Source: an uncultured Methanoregulaceae archaeon (GTDB lineage: Archaea > Halobacteriota > Methanomicrobia > Methanomicrobiales > Methanospirillaceae). From it: DNA of 64,000 bases. Below are positions 58,026 to 64,000 of this stretch, piece after piece. Under the pieces are notes generated by a model. The model was not told the DNA's origin. It saw only the letters and a program-made list of their open reading frames with translations, and did no database searches. A program made the position numbers and the translations under genes. The stretch lies in the NCBI GenBank assembly GCA_963701095.1, contig OY969564.1, positions 2,144,001 to 2,208,000 of the forward strand. The letters run 5' to 3'. Position 1 is the first letter of the stretch; each line of letters begins with the position of its first letter.

Positions 58026-58154
58026 CCAGACGAATGTTATTTTCTGGGGAAGGTTTTTCCTGCATCACGTTCAGAGAATACATATAGTCTGAGAAAAAAA
58101 GAACTTTTATATAAATGCTAGGGATTGCGAATATCGCATAGGAGGAGATTTAAC

Positions 58155-60712
58155 TTGAAATCACAGGATGAAGAGGAGCACGATGACATAAACACCCTTC
58201 TTAAAAAAATCAAGGGCATTCAGGCGCCGGGGAATGAATCTACAGGGTCTGTTATAGCCCCACCTCCTGAAAAAAAGCCCGGGGAAGGGGAATCAGATAT
58301 GAGTGATGCCGGTGATTTTTCAGCCCTTATAAAAAAGCTCAGGCTCTCCAATACTCCAACAACTACTGAGACCGAACAGGAAACAACCCTACCTGGAGAT
58401 GCACTTTTTAATCCTGATAAAAAATCCGATCTAGGGGAATCTGATCAGGGAAGGTCCGGCGATTTTTCAGCAATTATCCGCAAACTTGGTATAGAAAACA
58501 CCCAAACCAAAAGTGCTGAACCCGAAGTCATAACATCACCTGTGAAATCTACAATCCCTGATAGGGGGCAGGACGATTTGGATGACTTGCTTGAAGATGT
58601 TTCCGTGGCGAAACAAGTACCTGAATCTCCTGATATGGGCGCCGGTAACGTACGCGCGGTACAGGTAAAAGCCATGGAACCACCGGCAACACCTTCTTTG
58701 GTTATTCCACCTCCTGAAAAAAAATCTGCGCCGGACGCGACAGAATCTGTCCCTGAACCAGCAGTGGAAATAATTGAAGAAGACCCTCGTGAAAGTAAGA
58801 CCTCAAAATTTTTCAAGAAAAAGAAGACAGTAAAAAGTGAAAGTGAAGAGGGAAAGGCAGCGGATTCAGTAATAAGCGATGCAGATGAACGAATAATATC
58901 CGCGGACCAGATCTCCGAGTATTCCGGACTGATCCTCCCCAAGGGCGCGACATTCCAGATTGACGAGATCAATCTTCATGGGAGAATGACGGCATTTGAA
59001 AGTACCGGGACCGGTACCCTGCCTCCTGAACTCGCTAATGTTTGGAAAAGGGAGTTTTCAAGTGCCGGGTTTAAAGATCTGGAATCTGAACTGAATCTGG
59101 AAAAGGAAAAAATTGATAAATCTGCAACAAAGAAATCCGGGTTTGCTTCTCTTTTCGGTGCTATACGACAGACCTCCGTTGATTATGATCCCAAATCACA
59201 CGGTCCTTTGGTGGATCTTTCTTTTGAAATAAAGCCCGGCATCGAAGAAATGGAGATGTATCCGGTCAACGAACCTTATGCTTATGTCAGGGTTATCTAT
59301 GACCACTCGACTCATGAATACACATACCAGGTAATAGAACCCGTCCTTACTGAACCAGAAAAAGATCTCTTGAAAGAACTAAAAGAGCGTCTCTTTGAAA
59401 CACTTGACATTAATACTAAAGATATATCCAAAGAGGAAGCCCGGCGCCGCTCAGGAGTGCAGTGGACGATATTCTCTCTGACTATGGGATAAAACTTAGT
59501 CCGGTACAACGTGAGAAGATCTTATATAACATGCATAAGGATTTTCTCGGGGATGGACTGATCGACGCGATCATGCATGACAAATATATCGAAGATATCT
59601 CATGTGATGGAGTTAACACACCCCTCTTTGCCTTCCACGCCAGCTACGAATCGATGAAGACAACGCTGATGTATCACAACGCTGAAGAACTTGATTCGTT
59701 TGTCACAAAACTCGCCCAGCGTGCAGGCAAGTACATTTCAATTGCAGAACCGATTCTTGATGCCACCATGTCCGATGGTTCCCGTATCCAGATGACACTT
59801 GGCCAGGAAGTAACAGCACATGGTTCCACATTTACCATACGTAAATTCAAGGATGAGCCGATTACACCAACGGATCTTATTGAGTGGCATACGTTTGCCC
59901 CGCTTTCTGTGGCATATATATGGCTTGCTGTCGAGAATGGCAAATCTGCTATTTTCGCCGGGGGGACTGCTTCCGGAAAAACTACATCATTAAACGCGAT
60001 TTCGCTTTTTATTCCGCCGATGGCGAAAATCGTTAGTCTCGAAGATACACGTGAAGTGAAACTTCCTCATCCAAATTGGATTCCCAGTATTACAAGAGAT
60101 TCCTTCGATACGGCAGGACGTGGGGAAATCAATATGTATGAACTCCTGCGCGCAGCAATGCGGCAACGGCCTGAGTATATCATTGTCGGAGAAGTTCGTG
60201 GGAAAGAATGCCAGACACTCTTCCAGGCAATGAGTACTGGCCACGTAACTTATTCCACAATCCACGCGGACTCGGTATCGAGTGTTGTCCACCGTATCGA
60301 GAATCCTCCCATGGATGTTCCGCGAAACATGCTTTCCGCTCTCGATATTGTGTGTATTCAGGTGCAGGCAAGAATGGGTGGAAAACGGATCCGCCGCAAT
60401 AAACAGATTGTTGAAATTCTCGATATCGATCCACGAACAAACGAACTCATCACAAACGAGGTTTTCAGATGGCGATCAGCTACCGATGAGATTACGTATT
60501 CAGGCAAGTCCTACATCCTTGAAGATATCATGGAAGCCCGGGGCTGGAACGAGAACCGTATGCGGGAAGAACTCAAGCGGCGGCAGGAAGTGCTTGAATG
60601 GATGCGAATCAAAAAGATCCGGCATTATAAGGATGTCGCGAAGATTCTTATCTCGTACTATCGTGAACCTGAAGTGGTTATTGAACGCGTGAGGAAGGAT
60701 CTGTATGAATAG
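58155..60712 (+). CDS. Type IV pilus/type II secretion ATPase (ArlI/PilB/TadA family) with long low-complexity N-terminus; frameshift near 59447
   Basis: TTG after GGAGGAG; IEDISCDG, FTIRKF, GGTASGKTT, LEDTRE, RQRPEYIIVGEVRG, TGH...TIHA. Confidence 0.92.
58266..58487 (+). repeat. Imperfect intragenic 75-nt direct repeat, 147-nt period
   Basis: PEKKPGEGESDMSDAGDFSALIKKL (58266-58340) and PDKKSDLGESDQGRSGDFSAIIRKL (58413-58487). Confidence 0.8.
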
Positions 60713-61628
60713 CTTTGAGCGATTTTGTTTTAATCTTCTCGGAATGCGTATGAAGGCCCACCGTGAGCAGTACGCCCAGCTTCGTAATGACCTCATATCT
60801 GCACGGATCAAAACCCCCTTTGAGGTCTATATCTCCACGGCGATTGTCAGCGCTATCATCGTGGGGCTCGTGGCAGCGGTCGGATTGGGTCTTCTTACCT
60901 GGGTCCTCAAAATTCCCAATCTCATAAAATACAAAGGTGAGGTTCCGGCTACGGTACTCTTTCTCTCCCAGTACGGTCTTATTATTGGTACCGTTTTTGC
61001 GGTTGTATTCTCTTTATTGATTTTTGGCGGAATTACATACGCCATTTTTAGTGTTTATCCTTCGGTTGAGGCCGGGAACAGGCGCCGGAATATTGACGCG
61101 ACGTTACCCTATGCGATCAATTACATAACATCAATGTCGACTGCCGGAATTACTCCCGCAGAGATCTTCCGATTACTTGGAGACAGCCCGATATATGGTG
61201 AAAGCTCAGTAGAGGCCCGTTATATCGCAAGGGAGATTGACATATTCGGTCGGGATCTTATTGATGCACTCAGGATAGTATCATCAAGCACTCCCTCAGT
61301 CCGGATGAAGGAATTTTTGCAGGGTGCAATGGCCAGCATATCGAGCGGGGGAAACCTTACAGATTATTTCCGGACAAAGGCCAACCAGTACGCACTGGAA
61401 AATCGCCAGAGCCAGAAATTGTTTCTCGATACGCTTGCACTTATTTCTGAGTCCTATGTAACGGCAATGGTAGCAGGAACGCTCTTTTTGATCATCCTCC
61501 AGTCCATCATGTCAGTCCTTGGTGGAGATTCAAAACCAATATTCCTCTATGTTGTCATTTACCTGATGATCCCCTTTGGGACGATAATGTTCATTATTAT
61601 GATTAGTTCCATGACCCCGGAGACCTGA
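60705..61628 (+). CDS. T2SS-F/PilC (ArlJ/TadC-like) platform protein
   Basis: IDATLPYAINY, YGE...E, GRDLIDAL, TPS...EFL, ESYV; TM helices. Confidence 0.9.
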   Translation: MNSFERFCFNLLGMRMKAHREQYAQLRNDLISARIKTPFEVYISTAIVSAIIVGLVAAVGLGLLTWVLKIPNLIKYKGEVPATVLFLSQYGLIIGTVFAVVFSLLIFGGITYAIFSVYPSVEAGNRRRNIDATLPYAINYITSMSTAGITPAEIFRLLGDSPIYGESSVEARYIAREIDIFGRDLIDALRIVSSSTPSVRMKEFLQGAMASISSGGNLTDYFRTKANQYALENRQSQKLFLDTLALISESYVTAMVAGTLFLIILQSIMSVLGGDSKPIFLYVVIYLMIPFGTIMFIIMISSMTPET

Positions 61629-61629
61629 C

Positions 61630-62676
61630 ATGGCTTTCAACGACAGAATCACCGGTATACTCGGAAAACAAAAGGACACAACCGCAAAACCCGCGGCACT
61701 TACACGAACAGAGCTTGATTCGGTGGAAAAGGAACTTAATGAGATTACCGAAAAACTAGCATCTGAACGTAAAAACCGGGAAGGGATAGGGCTGTTTTTC
61801 AAGCACCCTCTTCAGGTTCTTTTGGCGAAACCGGAAAATATCCTTATAGTGTGCCTCCCCCTTTCACTCATCGTTTTTTTTGGCGGATTTATCTCCATGG
61901 TAAAGATATATGGTATTTCCGTTCTCTTCACATCGACAGTTGTCGACGATTTTGCAGTACTTGCAATCCTGATATCGATAATACCCGTATCAATTCTCGA
62001 TCTCAGGCAACAGTCACGGATAAATAATATTGAGGTTGCACTTCCCAACTTCTTCCGCGACCTTGCAGGTATGAATGATTCCGGTATGACTCTTCCCAAT
62101 GCTGTTCACCTGGTTGCAGGTGCAGAATATGGCGCCCTGACCCCTCATATAAGAAAACTGGACAATGAGATGTCATGGGGGGTCGGTTTTGTTGAGGGTA
62201 TGTACCGGTTTGGACAGAACCTTGGTACACCACTTGCCGACCGTAGCGTTGATCTTATCGCAAAGGCAAGCAAAGCCGGCGGTGATATCAGCGAAGTACT
62301 CCGTGCAGCGGCAAACGATACCTTTGAAGTGGTCAATCTTGCACAGGAACGCCGGAACAATATGCTGATCTACGTGATAATCGTCATCGTCTCATGGGCG
62401 GTCTTCATGTTTGTTATCGCGGTCCTCGTAAGTTCTTTCCTAAGCACTATGGCAACGGCGGGTACAGCTGCACAAGCAACACATGCGAGCAGCAAATTTA
62501 TGGGAAGAATCGATCTACCTGCGTATAAACGTCTGTTTACGCATGCGGCTATGATCCAGGGTTTTTTCTCCGGTCTTTGTGCGGGCCAGATGGGTGAAGG
62601 ACGGGTCATTGCGGGTCTCAAATATGCAGCGATTATGCTGATTATTTCGTGGGTAGTTTTCCGTTTCTTCATCTAA
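61630..62676 (+). CDS. Second T2SS-F/PilC platform protein
   Basis: IEVALPNFFRDL...SGMTL, YGAL, GGDISEVL, GQMGEG....GLKY. Confidence 0.9.
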   Translation: MAFNDRITGILGKQKDTTAKPAALTRTELDSVEKELNEITEKLASERKNREGIGLFFKHPLQVLLAKPENILIVCLPLSLIVFFGGFISMVKIYGISVLFTSTVVDDFAVLAILISIIPVSILDLRQQSRINNIEVALPNFFRDLAGMNDSGMTLPNAVHLVAGAEYGALTPHIRKLDNEMSWGVGFVEGMYRFGQNLGTPLADRSVDLIAKASKAGGDISEVLRAAANDTFEVVNLAQERRNNMLIYVIIVIVSWAVFMFVIAVLVSSFLSTMATAGTAAQATHASSKFMGRIDLPAYKRLFTHAAMIQGFFSGLCAGQMGEGRVIAGLKYAAIMLIISWVVFRFFI

Positions 62677-62809
62677 TCTTTTTCCAACAGATGCAATCAT
62701 TTTGCGTTTATGAAAAAAGAGGGATTTTTTATATTTTTTATCAAGCCACTCTTTTAGCCGGAACAGTAAAGTTAGGGAAAAAACGAAAAAAACAGGAATA
62801 AAAAAAGGA

Positions 62810-63115
62810 TCAGGAAATGTTTTCCGTGCTATATCCTTTCAGGGAAAGAAGCTCTTTTACACGGTCGCGGTGATTACCCTGAAGTTCTATTGAATTTCCT
62901 TTTACGGTTCCGCCGCACGCAAGTTTTCCTTTCATGAATTTTGAAAGATCCTCAAGGTCAATGTCTGTTGGATCGAGGCCTTCGATTACCGTGACCTCTT
63001 TTCCATACCGGCGTTTGTTGACTTTAACATTGATCCTCTGCTGTTCCTTTGCTACTTCCTCACAGATACATAGTTCCTTAGGAAGTCCACACGTCGGGCA
63101 AATGCCACCAATCAT
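62810..63115 (-). CDS. yciH: Translation initiation factor aIF-1 (SUI1/YciH)
   Basis: [36 protein letters not shown]. Confidence 0.95.
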   Translation of the reverse strand: MIGGICPTCGLPKELCICEEVAKEQQRINVKVNKRRYGKEVTVIEGLDPTDIDLEDLSKFMKGKLACGGTVKGNSIELQGNHRDRVKELLSLKGYSTENIS

Positions 63116-63236
63116 TACAGCTATTTTTCAGTTCTGGTTATTTATTACTTGGCATTGCCGGAACTAAATTCGCCCTTTTTATTGCCATTTTTCTCACACG
63201 CATCCGTTTTATGTTGTGCCATTCAAATGATTGTGT

Positions 63237-64000
63237 ATGCCGCTCATGGTCGTGGGGACATCTTCTCATGTGGGAAAAAGCACAACGGTGGCAGCGATCT
63301 GCCGGTGTCTGGTGCAACGCGGAATCAGTGTCGCGCCGTTCAAGTCCCAGAACATGAGTCTGAACTCGTTTGTTACTTCAGATGGTGGTGAAATAGGGAT
63401 AGCCCAGGCAATGCAATCCTGGGCCGCCAAGCTCTCTCCCTCAACAGACATGAACCCGGTGTTGCTCAAACCAAAAGGTGACTGTATATCGCAGGTAGTG
63501 CTTTTTGGTCGCCCTTATAAGGATGTTCCCATTGCGGAATATTATGCAGAAACACCGTATCTCCTTTCAGAGGCAGTTCTGGCTTTTGAACGTCTCCGGA
63601 AAGAGTATGGTGAGGTTGTAGTTGAGGGAGCCGGAGGTGCGGCAGAGGTCAACTTGTATGATCGCGATATTGCAAATACTCTGCTAGCAGAGAAATTGAA
63701 AATTCCCCTTATTCTTGTAGCGGATATCGAACGCGGTGGTGTTTTTGCACAGATATATGGAACAATAAAACTGTTGCCAGAACACATTCGGCCGCTGGTA
63801 CGGGGCATCATTATCAATAAATTCCGGGGTGATCCCCTCATTTTTGCATCCGGAATTCAGATCATCGAAGATCTCACGGGGATTCCTGTGCTTGGTATTA
63901 TGCCCTATTTCCACATTCCTCTGCCAAGCGAGGATTCCCTCTCGATTGCCGACAAAGTTCACCGGAATCTGCCCATCCGAATAGCAGTAATCCATTTTCC
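63237..64000 (+). CDS. cobQ: Cobyric acid synthase, partial (runs off the window)
   Basis: Translated by hand: [67 protein letters not shown]. Confidence 0.93.
   Translation, partial: MPLMVVGTSSHVGKSTTVAAICRCLVQRGISVAPFKSQNMSLNSFVTSDGGEIGIAQAMQSWAAKLSPSTDMNPVLLKPKGDCISQVVLFGRPYKDVPIAEYYAETPYLLSEAVLAFERLRKEYGEVVVEGAGGAAEVNLYDRDIANTLLAEKLKIPLILVADIERGGVFAQIYGTIKLLPEHIRPLVRGIIINKFRGDPLIFASGIQIIEDLTGIPVLGIMPYFHIPLPSEDSLSIADKVHRNLPIRIAVIHF

Noticed and set aside
58048..58060. GGAA-GGTTT-TTCC upstream of the pilus ATPase as an NrpR site
   Set aside because: The spacer is 5 nt rather than 6 and there is no nitrogen context.
58155..62676. Archaellum (arl/fla) operon or conjugation system
   Set aside because: No archaellins, ArlH, ArlF/G, VirB4 or relaxase; two single-domain platform genes fit a pilus-type locus.

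Overview
Archaeal chromosomal DNA, most consistent with a Methanomicrobiales methanogen (Methanoregula-like). The assignment rests on the split RNA polymerase operon rpoH-B''-B'-A'-A'', G1P dehydrogenase, geranylgeranyl reductase, archaeal ProRS/LeuRS and gene order; the genus-level call is inference. Most of the window is housekeeping: the priS-GINS-L44e-S27e-aIF2a-Nop10 cluster, the RNAP operon, three tRNAs, the pst operon, hisI and cobQ. About ten single-base frameshifts occur, including in essential RNAP genes, and look like uncorrected long-read consensus errors rather than pseudogenes. The most notable region is 50.2-62.7 kb: a type IV pilus-like machine (prepilin peptidase, ATPase with a long repetitive N-terminus, two platform proteins) interleaved with MinD, three Roadblock/MglB-like domains, three DUF2226/PATAN-like domains, a tandem V4R protein and a REC-PAS regulator, with no small GTPase, pilin or kinase in the window. 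A second Roadblock + twin response regulator module sits at 25.8-27.6 kb. Other points of interest are a bacterial-type (GSI-beta-like) glnA with a perfect NrpR-type operator, probable CTG starts for rpoB'' and the pstC-pstA fusion, and a cupredoxin that has lost its copper ligands. No CRISPR array, rRNA or mobile element was seen.
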